Shown piece after piece: positions 24,775 through 38,456 of a DNA stretch of 64,000 nt. The notes under the pieces were generated by a model. It ran no database searches. It saw only the letters and a program-made list of their open reading frames with translations, and was not told where the DNA came from. The translations under genes and the position numbers were made by a program. Source of the stretch: Antedon mediterranea (lineage: Eukaryota > Animalia > Echinodermata); contig NC_092680.1 in the NCBI RefSeq assembly GCF_964355755.1, forward strand, positions 16,005,045-16,069,044, in the 5' to 3' direction. Each line of letters begins with the position of its first letter. Within the stretch, counting starts at the first letter, position 1.

Positions 24775-26860
24775 CATTCTTGTTTTAAGCAGTATCTGCC
24801 TTAAAATAAGTAACAATTTATCGATTTTTTAAAATAGAATTCTTGTTTCAAGCAATATTTTTCTTAAAATAAGTAAGAATATTCCGATTTGTATTTTTTT
24901 GAATTCTTGTTTCAAGCAATATATTTCTTAAAATAAGTAAGAATATTCCGATTTGTATTTTATAGAATTCTTGTTTCAAGCAATATATTTCTTAAAATAA
25001 GTAAGAATATTCCGATTTGTATTTTTTTGAATTCTTGTTTCAAGCAAGATATTTCTTAAAATAAGTAAGAATATTCCGATTTGTATTTTATAGAATTCTT
25101 GTTTCAAGCAATATATTTCTTAAAATAAGTAAGAATATTCCGATTTGTATTTTTTTGAATTCTTGTTTCAAGCAAGATATTTCTTAAAATAAGTAAGAAT
25201 ATTCCGATTTTTATTTTTTGAATTCTTGTTTCAAGCAATATTTTTCTTAAAATAAGTAAGAATATTCCGATTTGTATTTTTTGAATTCTTGTTTCAAGCA
25301 ATATTTTTCTTAAAATAAGTAAGAATATTCCGATTTGTATTTTTTGAATTCTTGTTTCAAGCAATTTTTTTCTTAAAATAAGTAAGAATATTCCGATTTG
25401 TATTTTTTGAATTCTTGTTTCAAGCAAAATATTTCTTAAAATAAGTAAGAATATTCCGATTTTTATTTGTAGAATTCTTGTTTCAAGCAATATTTTTCTT
25501 AAAATAAGTAAGAATATTCCGATTTGTATTTTTTAGAATTCTTGTTTTAAGCAATATTTTTCTTAAAATAAGTAAGAATATTCCGATTTTTAATTTTAAT
25601 ATTCTTGTTTCAAGCAATATATTTCTTAAAATAAGTAAGAATATTCCGATTTGTATTTCTTGAATTCTTGTTTCAAGCAATATTTTTCTTAAAATAAGTA
25701 AGAATATTCCGATTTGTATTTTATAGAATTCTTGTTTCAAGCAATATATTTCTTAAAATAAGTAAGAATATTCCGATTTGTATTTTTTTGAATTCTTGTT
25801 TCAAGCAAGATATTTCTTAAAATAAGTAAGAATATTCCGATTTTTATTTTTTGAATTCTTGTTTCAAGCAATATTTTTCTTAAAATAAGTAAGAATATTC
25901 CGATTTGTATTTTTTGAATTCTTGTTTCAAGCAATATTTTTCTTAAAATAAGTAAGAATATTCCGATTTGTATTTTTTGAATTCTTGTTTCAAGCAAAAT
26001 ATTTCTTAAAATAAGTAAGAATATTCCGATTTTTATTTGTAGAATTCTTGTTTCAAGCAATATTTTTCTTAAAATACAGTAAGTAAGAATATTCCGATTT
26101 GTATTTTTTAGAATTCTTGTTTTAAGCAATATTTTTCTTAAAATAAGTAAGAATATTCCGATTTTTAATTTTAATATTCTTGTTTCAAGCAATATATTTC
26201 TTAAAATAAGTAAGAATATCCGATTTGTATTTTTTGAATTCTTGTTTCAAGCAATATTTTTCTTAAAATAAGTAAGAATATTCCGATTTGTATTTTTTGA
26301 ATTCTTGTTTCAAGCAATATTTTTCTTAAAATAAGTAAGAATATTCCGATTTGTATTTTTTGAATTCTTGTTTCAAGCAATATATTTCTTAAAATAAGTA
26401 AGAATATTCCGATTTTTATTTGTAGAATTCTTGTTTCAAGCAATATTTTTTTTAAAATAAGTAAGAATATTCCGGTTTGTATTTTTTAGAATTCTTGTTT
26501 TAAGCAATATTTTTCTTAAAATAAGTAAGAATATTCCGATTTATATTTTTAGTTTTCTTGTTTCAAGCAATATATTTCTTAAAATAAGTAAGATCCGATT
26601 TTTATTTGTAGAATTCTTGTTTCAAGCAAAACTTTTTTTAAAATAAGTAAACAAGAAGTCTATCAAATAAAAACCAGTAAATGTTTACTTATTTTAAGAA
26701 AAGTATTGCTTGAAACAAGAATTCTATCAAATTAAAATTCGTAAATTCTTACTTATATTGGGAAAAAAATTGCTTGAAACAAGAATTCTATAAAATATAA
26801 ATCATTAAAAATTTATTTTAAGAACGATAAATGAATACTCATTTTAAGTAATATTTTACT
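24775..26860 (+). repeat. Left subterminal array, ~63 bp unit (about 30 copies) with a few inverted copies at ~26650-26860
   Basis: Unit gaattcttgtttcaagcaatatttttcttaaaataagtaagaatattccgatttgtatttttt. Confidence 0.95.
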
Positions 26861-27086
26861 TAAACAAATAAATTCAAGAATGTTATAAAACATAATGTTA
26901 ACAATACTGTTATTTTCATTAAGAACTACAATTTACATGACATTAGGTACAATAATATATACAACTTCTTTAAAACAAACTTGTTTTTATTAATAATAAA
27001 ATGCCATCAAAAGAAAACTTAAAAACATTAAAATGGTAAAATACAAATTTCGTAAAATTCTTCTCCCGCACCTGGGCTTTAAACTA

Positions 27087-29197
27087 TTAGGTGTCTTTAA
27101 ATTTATTAATGTATACTAATGATGATTCAACAGCCTTTGTCAAGTGTACAGGTGTGTTTTCATCACAAATCACTAACTGTTAAAGAATAGTGAGGCCTAC
27201 TTCTTTTCATTTTGGATAATCGAAATCTAGAAGGTAAAAAGTGGAGAGGAGAGTAACTAGAGCCTCATCTAATTTTGCTTTCTTTGTAGTTAGAATTGTT
27301 TGCTAAACTTTAATGTAGGCCATTTCTGTGTCCAAAAGCAATACCGGCATATTACCTGATCGGCGTGAAGACCAGGATTCTGGATCTTTATTCATGTTCC
27401 TAAAAATGAAAAGAGATTAATATAGTTTTAGTTATTACTGTATTTAAAATATGTGTAACATCATCAACTAATTGGGTACGGTGTGGTTTTAGAGTCCTAT
27501 ATCTGGGGCGGTAAACACAAAAACATGACGCAATATTAGAACGGTGGTAAGAATAATTTTACATTATAAGACATAAGGGTGGGTGGAATATGCATTTGAA
27601 CTTTTTAATCACAAACTTTGCCCTGTTTATACCAATCCCAAAGACAGGCCTGGCTGTATCTATTATTTTTAGTTAAATTATTAGGGTCTAAATTTATTTT
27701 TAATATTACTATTTAGGAAGACAATACGCAAAACGGTGCTCAATCCTGATTGATGTTTTTATTCCGTATCAATGTTTATAATAACAATCATACAATTAAA
27801 TGTAAATTTTGTTTAATTGTTTGATTTTAATAAATTATTGTAAACATAGTATATACCTCGAATTTTAAGCTATTTTAAAAAAACACTTTAAGATATTTTT
27901 TTTTAATGTACATAATGTTACTTGTATTTTAAATTTTAAAAAACACTAAATACCTTCAAGGTCGGCAGACTTTTTTTGATGAGTTTTTCCCAACAAATAT
28001 GTTTGACAACATATGGGTTATCTTTGAACCTAACCAAAAATAACAAATTGAAAACATTATATTATATAAATTTATTTAAATGAGTGGAATAATGTATGGA
28101 CATAAACTTGATATACTGTAGCTCAAATTTTTAATAATGTAGCCTACAGTTTTGTAGGTGGTCAATGTAAAAGGAAGGGGAAAGGGTGGGCTGGCCAGGA
28201 GAGCATTAATATGTCAAAAATTAATATTCATAAGTCATTTATTTAATTTTAGTTGTCAAAGGGAGGAGTGCATGACACTAGCTTGAGTCGAACCAAGCTG
28301 TTAAAAATACGTACACAATATGTACACGTATTTTCCTCACTACCATTGGTCCATTATAAAACTATTTATGAATAGATAAAAGTACAAAAACATACACTGT
28401 ACTTACCAGATGGAGGACTGGTGTTTCTCTTTAAAATACCAAAATAAACTATATTATTCTCTAATTTGGAAAAATTTGCTAAGCACTTTTTTAAAAAGCT
28501 TTCTTTTGTATTTCATTCCTCTTTGCCTAGTAATAATTAGTATCCTTCGAACTTCTTCAATTACCTAACAAATAATTTAAGATATTGTAAATAACACAGT
28601 TTTTTAAAAAGAAATTTAATATAACAATTTTAGTTATGCAGTACGTATGTTTTTTGTTTGTTTTTTTAGTATGTTTTTTTTAAATTTAGAGTTAAGAACA
28701 TAAAGTTTCAATATCGATGTGATCACTTCGGGGATTACTTAGTGTGTACAATTAATTAAATATAAAGAAGTGTTTTTAAATGTCATATTTCTCATTGGAA
28801 TATGTGTATATAATACAGTATAATCCTTCGTAGATATTTCATGGCTACATTACAAAATAACTGTTACATTATATAAATTGTATTATCTATTATTAGGCCT
28901 TCCTTATACCTAGCTGAAATAGGTCCGACAATATTTGTCCCCTCTGTCAATGTCTGAACTAAAATGCTAAGCTAAACCTATACACCTGTCCGTCAGTACA
29001 GGCATAGTAGGCTAGCCTAGACCTACTAGTTCCAGGCCTACAGTATTACTAACTAGGAAGGAGCCTAGGCTAGGGCCAGGCTAGGCCTAGACTGCTGGCA
29101 GATTAAAATATAATTATTAGGCCTACGAACCTGTTAAAATGTTGGCCATTTCTTCATCTATTTCTCGGATCTTCAACAAAGCGTCTTCCTTCGACAT
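27087..29197 (-). pseudogene. Degenerate spliced accessory gene of the EnSpm element (SAMD3-like C-terminus)
   Basis: First exon MSKEDALLKIREIDEEMANILT|GT at 29197-29131; small AG/GT-bounded pieces near 28408-28563, 27954-28029 and 27356-27399; last part reads ALVTLLSTFYLLDFDYPK*KEVGLTIL*QLV with in-frame stops. The family assignment is from recall of this motif. Confidence 0.5.
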
Positions 29198-29549
29198 TAT
29201 ATTAGACTAATCTTACTAGGCCTATTGAAGCATTTAATATATAAATTGCGATGAAAGGTGTCTTTTACTTACAAACTCTAGATTTTGAATGATTACTTTA
29301 AAAAACCGTTGGCCATGATCCCGCCGGGAGCTAGGTCATCGACCACACACAGTGTTGTTTTTCAACTATAACCAAAAATTTATCGCTGGCCTTTTACCCA
29401 GAATGTATAAGGTCATTATACTGCTCAACGTTAAAGCATGGAGGTATAAACCTCCATGGTGGTTAAAGCAAATCTGTAAAACGTCTGGACCAACAGTAAT
29501 ACGACAGACAATAATAATGACACATGTTTGTTGCAGTCCGAAAAAAAGC

Positions 29550-30540
29550 GATAAGTTGGTGCCAGTAAACTGAAGTAGGTACAGTATTTGCTACCCTATT
29601 TGCTAAGGCATTATAATTCAATTCATGGAAATACTCCGAATTTTCGAGTAACATGTGGAATTGGTGGTTCGCTGCCCGGCAAGCTTTGGAATTTACAATT
29701 CGTTTTACAAGCATGTCATAAGACGCCATTTTAAGGACGAGTATAACAATCGGCAACCTCCTGCAGTTGACGATGGAAACATCAGTAATAAGTATGCCTG
29801 GAGAAAACGAGGATGCCAATTGAGGATGAAGTAGAACTAGGCCTAGACTAGGAGACTGACGAAGTTAATGAAGAAAAAAACTATTATAACGGGGATGATT
29901 TATCAACTGACGATAGTAGTAGTGATAATTCTAGTATTGTTATACTGTTAATGATTGTTTAATATTAATTATCTTGCTGATGCTCAGCAAGAAGGCCTAC
30001 TAACTAGAGGATGAACAAGCAGATAATAGTATAAAAAATGCTGATTTCTTTCTACTAAAATTAAAGGAGAGAAACAAGATTCCACAGGTAAGCCATTTTG
30101 CTTTAAAATTACAACAATTATGCATTTTAAACTATTTTTTATTAGAGAAATACGTCTATTTCCTAGGCCTTGCTGGTACTGTTATATACAGGACTATTAG
30201 CTATAGTAACTATAGGACTTGGGTACTAGGCCTAGGCCTAGGCATTATACACTCTAAGTTTATGTTGCATTTTTTTTGTGACCAATTTCATTGTATACAA
30301 ATAACATTTTTTTTGTTAGGCTGCATAGCTCCCCAACTAAAGCACAACTTAGTTTTTAAACATATTAAAACTTGAATATAAAAAATATTAAATCAATATT
30401 ATTTTCTTTAGGTGGTTGCAGTGCAATCGATTATTCAAAGCACAAACAGTTTGATTACCCAGATTCTTTCATCAGTTGAAACTGAAGTGCTAACTGCTCT
30501 ACCGTTGTGTGAATATAAGGATATTGACAATCTATTTTAA
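29550..30540 (+). pseudogene. 5' remnant of EnSpm-type transposase (N-terminal C2H2 zinc fingers), frameshifted and truncated
   Basis: HYNSIHGNTPNFRVTCGIGG/CPASFGIYNSFYKHVIRRH (29609-29729), an acidic stretch, FLLKIK/ERNKIPQ|GTAAG (30087), acceptor at 30411, then VAVQSIIQSTNSLI; ends at the right repeat array. Confidence 0.6.
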
Positions 30541-32520
30541 GTAAAACATTTCTCAAAATAAGTATTTTTAAGAATATTAAAATAGAATTGACTTCAATTC
30601 AAGCAAAAATAGTCTTGATAGGATATAGTATGATATTGACTTCTTATCTTAAGTAAAACATTTCTCAAAATAAGTATTTTTAAAAATATTGCGAATCTCA
30701 ATTTAAGCAAAAATAGTCTTGATAAGATAGTATGATATTGACTTCTTATTTTAAGTAAAACATTTCTCAAAATAAGTATTTTAAAGAATATTGCGAATCT
30801 TGATTCAAGTAAAAATAGTCTTGATAAGATAGTATGATATTGACTTCTTATTTTAAGTAAAACATTTCTCAAAATCAGAATATTGCGAATCTGAATTCAA
30901 GCAAAAATAGTCTTGATAGGATAGTATGATATTGACTTCTTATTTTAAGTAAAACATTTTTCAAAATAAGTATTTTTTTAAATATTGCGAATCTCAATTT
31001 AAGCAAAAATAGTCTTGATAAGATAGTATGATATTGACTTCTTATTTTAAGTAAAACATTTCTCGAAATAAGTATTTTTAAGAATATTGCGAATCTTGAT
31101 TCAAGTAAAAATAGTCTTGATAAGATAGTATGATATTGACTTCTTATTTTAAGTAAAACATTTCTCAAAATAAGTATTTTTTAAAATATTGCGAATCTCA
31201 ATTTAAGCAAAAATAGTCTTGATAAGATAGTATGATATTGACTTCTTATTTTAAGTAAAACATTTCTCAAAATAAGTATTTTAAAGAATATTGCGAATCT
31301 TGATTCAAGTAAAAATAGTCTTGATAAGATAGTATGATATTGACTTCTTATTTTAAGTAAAACATTTCTCAAAATCAGAATATTGCGAATCTGAATTCAA
31401 GCAAAAATAGTCTTGATAGGATAGTATGATATTGACTTCTTATTTTAAGTAAAACATTTTTCAAAATAAGTATTTTTTAAAATATTGCGAATCTCAATTT
31501 AAGCAAAAATAGTCTTGATAAGATAGTATGATATTGACTTCTTATTTTAAGTAAAACATTTCTCGAAATAAGTATTTTTAAGAATATTGCGAATCTTGAT
31601 TCAAGTAAAAATAGTCTTGATAAGATAGTATGATATTGACTTCTTATTTTAAGTAAAACATTTCTCAAAATAAGTATTTTTAAAAATATTGCGAATCTCA
31701 ATTTAAGCAAAAATAGTCTTGATAAGATAGTATGATATTGACTTCTTATTTTAAGTAAAACATTTCTCAAAATAAGTATTTTTAAGAATATTGCGAAACC
31801 TAATTTAAGAAACTTTGTCTTACCTAGAAAAATATTTATTGTTTTAAGTAATTTTTAGAATTCATCAATCTTGATTTAAGAAAAATTATTCTTGATAGGG
31901 ATAAATATAATATTGATTTCTTATTTTAAGTAAAATACTTTTCAAATTATGTATTTTCAAATCTTGTTTTAAGCAAAACTATTCTTAATAAGAAGAGAAT
32001 GATATTGACTTCTTATTTTAAGTAAAATATTTCTTGTAATAAGCATTTTCAAGAATATTGCGAATCTTGATTCAAGTAAAAATAATCTTGATAAGGGTAG
32101 TGTGAAATTGACTTCTTATTTTAAGTAAAATATTTCTCAAAACAAGTATTTTCAAGACTATTGCAAAACCTAATTTAAGAAACTTTGTCTTACCTAGAAA
32201 AATATTGATTGTTTTAAGTAATTTTTATAATTCATCAATCTTGATTTAAGAAAAATTATTCTTGATAGGGATAAATATAATATAGATTTCTTATTTTAAG
32301 TAAAATACTTTTCAAATTAAGTATTTTCAAATCTTGTTTTAAGCAAAACTATTCTTAATAAGAAGAGAATGATATTGACTTCTTATTTTAAGTAAAATAT
32401 TTCTTGTAATAAGCATTTTCAAGAATATTGCAAAACTTAATTTAAGAAAATGTGTCTTTTCTAGAAAATTATTTCTTGTTTTAAGTAATTTTAAATCTTG
32501 ACAAGAAAAAAAATACTTAT
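30534..32520 (+). repeat. Right subterminal array, 102-bp unit, degenerating towards the terminus
   Basis: Unit ...gataagatagtatgatattgacttcttattttaagtaaaacatttctcaaaataagt...; its core CTTATTTTAAG is the reverse complement of the left-array core CTTAAAATAAG. Confidence 0.95.
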
Positions 32521-32585
32521 TTTAAGAATTTTTTCTTAAAACAAGATTTTTTTTTCTTGCTTAGAATTTCAAATTTTGCTGTGTA

Positions 32586-33106
32586 CACGAAGAAACGGTG
32601 CGACGTTATACTCAAATATTTATCTCACATCACAGCAGATTGTTTTTATTGGGTTGGCAATATCACGTGGTTTTATTATTATTATCCTAATTATTATGAT
32701 AGCTGTTTCATGGACCAGGTGTCATAAAAAGAGATTTACCCACGTCACAAGCGAAACAGAAAATTCGAAACTATCGACACGCGAGTGCCGAGTGTGCTCC
32801 ATACCCCACTAGATACGAATAAAGGTGATATTGTTTCTACAAATGTAGACATATTTTATCCAGAGAGAATTTATCAACATCACGTATTGTCACCTTATTA
32901 TCCGAATACCATATTCAAAGTTTAAAACATCAAGAGTGTAACGACAACCCGCGAAATGCCGAGTATCAGGTGAACAGGTGAAACTAGATTATTTGTAGAA
33001 ATATTGGATAAAGTTATGCTTATCAGCACGACGCATCGTCACCTTAATATACAAGTATACCAGATAGGCCTATATAAATGATTTAAAAGTTAAAAATAAG
33101 TATTGA
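32586..33106 (+). pseudogene. Detached 3' part of receptor 5 (stalk, TM, tail), frameshifted, with a duplicated tail module
   Basis: GLAISRGFIIIILIIMIAVSWTRCHKK matches the receptor 4 TM; after a frameshift RVPSV..DTNKGDIVSTNVD..IYQH; a second decayed copy ends aaaaataagtattga like receptor 4. Confidence 0.8.
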
Positions 33107-34540
33107 CCATGATGATGTTTGTTTTTCTTGTAAATACCGACATCGTATCGGAAACACATCGGTTGAATAATACCACTAGGTGCGCCGCACCTGGATGTGG
33201 TGTTGTGTGTTTTTATAAAAGCCGTCAAACAACAATATTTTATGAAAAGCATTAGTTAATGGCACGGCATTGTAGATTCAAATTGATGTTAAGTTTACAT
33301 TAACACTTGTTCACAAAGGCTTTATGAAAACCAACAAAATAATAGAATAAGCGTCTTCCTGAAACATCATGATATAGCACCACTTAATAGCTCTTATTTT
33401 ATAATTGACAACAATTAATACATCTGCTTAAATAATTCATTGCTCGATTTGGTTTGCCCAAACAGATAATATTTTACACAGACAATTCAAGTAACTCATT
33501 TTTGAATTCATAAATTAATGTAGCCCAGTTTCCGACTTTGATAATTACCGTTAGTTCGTGTATTTTTAATTTAAATGTACTGTTTGTAATAATAAATTGT
33601 TGATCATTATTAATACAATTATACTAATATACAAGTGTATGATAGGCATATTTGATAACTAATAAGGGAATTTTACCTTACTTATATTGATATAATAACT
33701 GTTAAAGCTTTACATTATTAACACTTTTAATAGCAATTTTAGCAATTTAACTCGTTGGAACATTATTTTTAAGTCTAGTAACCGTCGTAATGTCTTGAAA
33801 TAGGAACTAATTTACGCATCAGTTTTTACACGTTTGGAAACTGTTTGTAGTCTGTGCTATGACAGGAGAGGATTAATGTATATGACATTCACTTATATAA
33901 TGCTCTGCAGTTTAACTGACAACGTAGATATTGAATCTTCTAAAGACCCACAGTAGCGTATTACAGCACTTAACATGGTCAGCACACTTAGAGACTACCT
34001 TTTTTCTTTATTGTGACGTAGATCTGTTTGTTGTTTGTACTACACTTTATCTTAACGTCCCTTGAGGTGGAGCAGGCATTCGCAAAGAGTTAAAAAACAC
34101 ATTTAATAGGGATGAACAAGACGGCGAAGACTGTCTCTTGACAGCACCCCATCTACCAAACTTTTACCTTACCACTGAGACAAAAAATACACTAATTTAA
34201 TCAGGATTACATTGGTGTAGCATTAACAATTTTTTACTTAGTGGCGTAAATCCCTCTAGAAGAAAGAAAAAGTATAATACCGCCCTCTATCATCAAAAGC
34301 TACTGCGCGTTATTCGTGCGTAACAACTGTATTAACAAGAATGTATTTTTGTTTTTGTTTAGATTCTTGAGACTACAGACTTTTAATTTAACAATGCATT
34401 AATTAACAATTTTTTCTTATGTTGTATTCATAATAGCTTTTATTTAGTCAAATAAAATTAATTGTGAATTGTTAATAATAATAACTATTGCATTGTATTT
34501 GTAATTCCATATTTAATAATAATTTTTTTTTTCAATATTT

Positions 34541-35425
34541 TTCATTTCATTCATTTCATTTCATTTATTTATTTCACTTTACAAATATATAAATATAAAG
34601 TGGAGGAGCTTAAAAGAAAGCAAAGCTTGTGGTGAATAGGCTCCTCAAAACAAAACAAATAAAATATAATAATATAACACAATTAGAAACTCCAAAAAAA
34701 AACAACAATTAAACTAATATCTTTTCTCTAACACATAAGTTTAACATGTTTAGAACTAAAAAAACAAGTAAAAATAGATTATATAAATTATTTAAGAAAT
34801 ATCAAATATATCAATAATAAAAGAATTTACAAAGAACCTTCAACCAATAATAGTTTAAATTGACGTTTAAATAAAGCACAGTTATGAGATTTTTTAAGAG
34901 ATAAAGGAAGAGAATTCCAGAGTTTAGGTCCAGTATATACAAGGGTATTCATTTTAAGTCTAGTTCGAGTAAATGGCAGGTGATACTGATCTTTTTGCCT
35001 TGTTTGGTGAGTGTGGTATTGTTTATTTTGAGTGAATTTACTGGATATTATAGGTGGTAAATGTCCAGCGGTTAATTGAAACATGATGACACCAACATTA
35101 AATCTATAGAGATCCTCAATTTTTAATATTTTATTTTTTTGAAAGAGATCTTGGGTGTGAGCACGAAAAGTTACCCCTGAGATAATTCTGACAGCTCGTT
35201 TCTGGATTAATAAAATTTTAGTAATAATTGATTTTGAAGCATTTCCCCAAGCAAGAACACCATAATTTAAGTACGATAAAATAAGAGTAGAATATAAAAT
35301 ATTAAATACTTTTTGAGGAAATATTGATTTCAATTTATACATCATGCCAACATTTTTTGATAATAATTTGCAAAGGTAATTAACATGGGCTTTCCAGTGA
35401 AGTCTGTCGTCAATAAATATACCAA
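34541..35425 (-). mobile_element. 5'-truncated Crack/Daphne (L2-group) LINE
   Basis: KFLGIFIDDRLHWKAHV..LYSTLILSYLNYGVLAWG..QKRAVRII..GPKLWNSLP; (atgaa)n tail at ~34541-34566. Confidence 0.85.
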
Positions 35426-38362
35426 GAAAATTTGTGTTGGTTATTTGATTAATAGGAACATTGTTGAAAATAATAATAATATCTTTTTTTTCCTACGTAC
35501 AATTGTATATGTTATACCTTATCTTTGTAATACAATATTTTCAGTCTTGTTCTGCCTTTGTAAGGTGTTTATATACTAGAATAACTAAAATAATATATAC
35601 ATATAAGAACAGTTTTGTTTAAATCTTTCGTTATTGCAATTTCATGTTTCTTTATAAAGCATTATCATCGATTTTCTATAATCTAGGCCTATAACTATAA
35701 TGTGAAGAAAATTAATTAATATACTACCAGGAAAAACGTAATTAAACATCAAAACAAATGGTTGTTACTAAGTTAATCTTATGCCTGACAAACATATACC
35801 GTTCTGTCCACTATTATATGTACGTATTCTTCGCGGCGCGGTGTCTTTTAACAAAACATTTTGAGGAAGAAGCTAATTGTCCAATCGAAAATCAGTTTAG
35901 GGGGCATGGTCGTGTCGCAGCCACAATATAAAAAGACACATTAAATAGATGAAACCACAAATTTAAATGGACTCATCCCACCAATGGTTTAAAATATTAA
36001 AACTTTTGAAAAACCAAACGTTTTCGTTCTATTGTTCAAAATGTTACAATGCAGTTTTAATACATCAGAAGCTACATATATTATTGGTGTGGCTTTAAAC
36101 TGATGACGCAACAGAGTAAACAAAATAGTCGTTTCTAGTGAATGCATTCAAATGGCACGGTTTATAGTTTACGCAGTTTAAAAAACAACCGCACGTTACG
36201 CAGTTTAAAAACTAACCGCAATGTGACCATATTTCATTTGCTAAGTGCTTACCGTTGTAATCTAGGTTAAGCCTATGCTAATAGACATAAATCGTAAATT
36301 CCAATGTTGTTTTTACATCATTATTAAGAGCCTACTGATATGGTACGATGAACTACTCAAGGAGCCTAGAGTACAATAGTAATTAATATGATCTTACGTT
36401 TTGTACTCTCAAGCGTTATTTCAAATATCAAAAAGATATTCCTGAGAATAGTGTACTTCTCAAAGAAAGTTTAATCTGTCCTATTTCATTTTCGATTGAA
36501 TCCGATACCAATTAATTTTCTGTCACAATCAATGCTTCTTTTCATGGTATAATCAGGCAGGTTTTTTGGGGAAAATATTACCTTTATTCCGTTGAAATAA
36601 GCACTCAATGTGAAAAAAAATATATTTCTAAATTTTGAAAAACGTTACAGTAAACTTATAATTTTTCTTTTCTAAATTAGTAATTCCTATACGGTAGGAG
36701 ATAACGCTGCTCTAGCGGATGTGAAACTAACTTTATTAATTAACAATAATATTGTATTAATATGCCTATCTATAATACAGTAGTACAGTGTTTAAATAAT
36801 TTGTTTCACCTTGGTTTTACTAAATATAGTATCTATTGTATTTATAACAAATAATGACAAACATCATAATGAAGATAGTAACAATAAATATCGATATATC
36901 GTAAATTTGTTATTCTGAACATTATTATAATTTGTAATTTGCTATATTTAAAGATATTTTGTCCCCTGAAACAATATTTGTTCAACATTCTTTTTTCACG
37001 TTTACCAAAAATTTTATCGAAAAAAAAACAATAATTTAAAGCAATTGTCAAAGTGGCTTTCAGCCAATGTGTTTGGTTAAATGTAATCGTTTATTTATAA
37101 GTGTGTTTTTTTTATATACGGAAGTGATTAACTATCAAAACCAAAAATATTAAAGTCTTTTTTTTATTAATCTTTATTTTTTTGGGGGACAGTACTCCAT
37201 TATTTTGTTAAAAAGTTTCACCACGTAGTACTGTAAATATTGTGATTAAAACATAAAGAATATGTTGTTTCAGCTCTTCTTTTATAGGCTATATCAATTT
37301 AGCGACAAATCATGTTCCCTCAGTAAATATTTAAACACGTTCTTAATGTCAATAAGATGAATAGGCGACTGTAGTATTTGAATTCTTAATAGCCTAATTA
37401 ACTAATATCGCTAATTCAAATTGTAGATTACGTCGGTGTTTTTTTTTTGTTTTGTATTTTCATTTTGATACATTTCTAAAACCATCCTTCCGCATTACGT
37501 ATTTCACAAGTCGATTTTCTATACAAGAGAGTATGCCTAAAATTGGCCTACAAATGGCACACATAGACAGTTATGCCCTGTTTAAGAACCTATCAGTTAC
37601 ATACAGTTACAAATATAGTATCGTATTTATTCGAATAAAAACGCTCCGGGTACGGGTGGTGGCCGGGTGATGAAGTAAAGAAACTTAACATGACTTTGCG
37701 TCATCAATGCATCAAATAGTGCGCGTGAAATCTACGTACGCACTTGGTTACGCGTGCTTCTTATTGGATAACCCGTTACCAGGTAATATGCGCATAGCAA
37801 TTGTTGTGAAAATAAACACAGCAACGTACCTACACATTACACGTTAAGGTCTACAACAAAGTCAACTATATTATATTTACGAAGTTATTTTACTCATTTT
37901 TAGCTGTTTTTTCAAAGGTAATTTTTGTAAAAGTACAAAATAATATTGCATAGACATACGGTACATATAGTAATATGCCTACACATTAAATTAAAAGTTT
38001 AAAATCGCAGAAAGATAAATAATAATATGCAACCATGGCGTAGGTTATCTTGGACAAAATATCTAACTATCTATAGTGTGTTTATCCATGATTTAACTAG
38101 TTACTCTATTCCGTTTGATTATACACTGATTACACTGGACAGGAACACATGTGACACACTTCCATTTAGGAAAATATGTGCTACTGATTTAATCTAAATA
38201 CATGTAGTAGCTATTGGATTGTGGAGGTTAAAGGTATTTAGGTTCACGAAGAGTTTACATTTTAGTGAATTATATAATTTAATTAGTAGCATTAAAACTA
38301 CAAAACAATTATTACGTATGTAGGTCAGATGAAAAGGTTATACACTTTCATAAAATATTTAA

Positions 38363-38456
38363 AACTAGGTTAACCATGGGTTAACATATGTTTTTTAAAC
38401 TAGGTTAACCATGGGTTAACATATGTTTGTTAAACTAGGTTAACCATGGGTTAACT
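38363..38456 (+). repeat. 35-bp tandem repeat x ~3 with palindromic core
   Basis: aactaggttaaccatgggttaacatatgttt repeated. Confidence 0.85.

Larger units (their letters stand above)
24548..32583. mobile_element. 8.0-kb non-autonomous EnSpm/CACTA (CMC)-type DNA transposon inserted in receptor 5
   Basis: Termini CACAGCAAAATT ... AATTTTGCTGTG with longer imperfect inverted similarity; TA duplicated at 24546-47 and 32584-85; long subterminal tandem arrays; degenerate internal genes; the flanks rejoin in frame as LNPDITRRNG. Confidence 0.85.

Noticed and set aside
25104-31770. Repetitive minus-strand ORFs (LETRIQKIQIGIFLLILR, RNVLLKIRSQYHTILSR)
   Set aside because: These are translations of 63- and 102-bp repeats whose lengths are multiples of three; they start at non-ATG codons and are frequently frameshifted.
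24548-32583. RAG/Transib-like RSS-ended element enabling somatic reassembly of a split Ig gene
   Set aside because: The ends begin CACAG, but the duplication is 2 bp (Transib/ProtoRAG use 5 bp), no heptamer-spacer-nonamer or RAG-like ORF is visible, the insertion is in the stalk rather than the V domain, and an upstream LINE stop plus a downstream frameshift would remain after excision.
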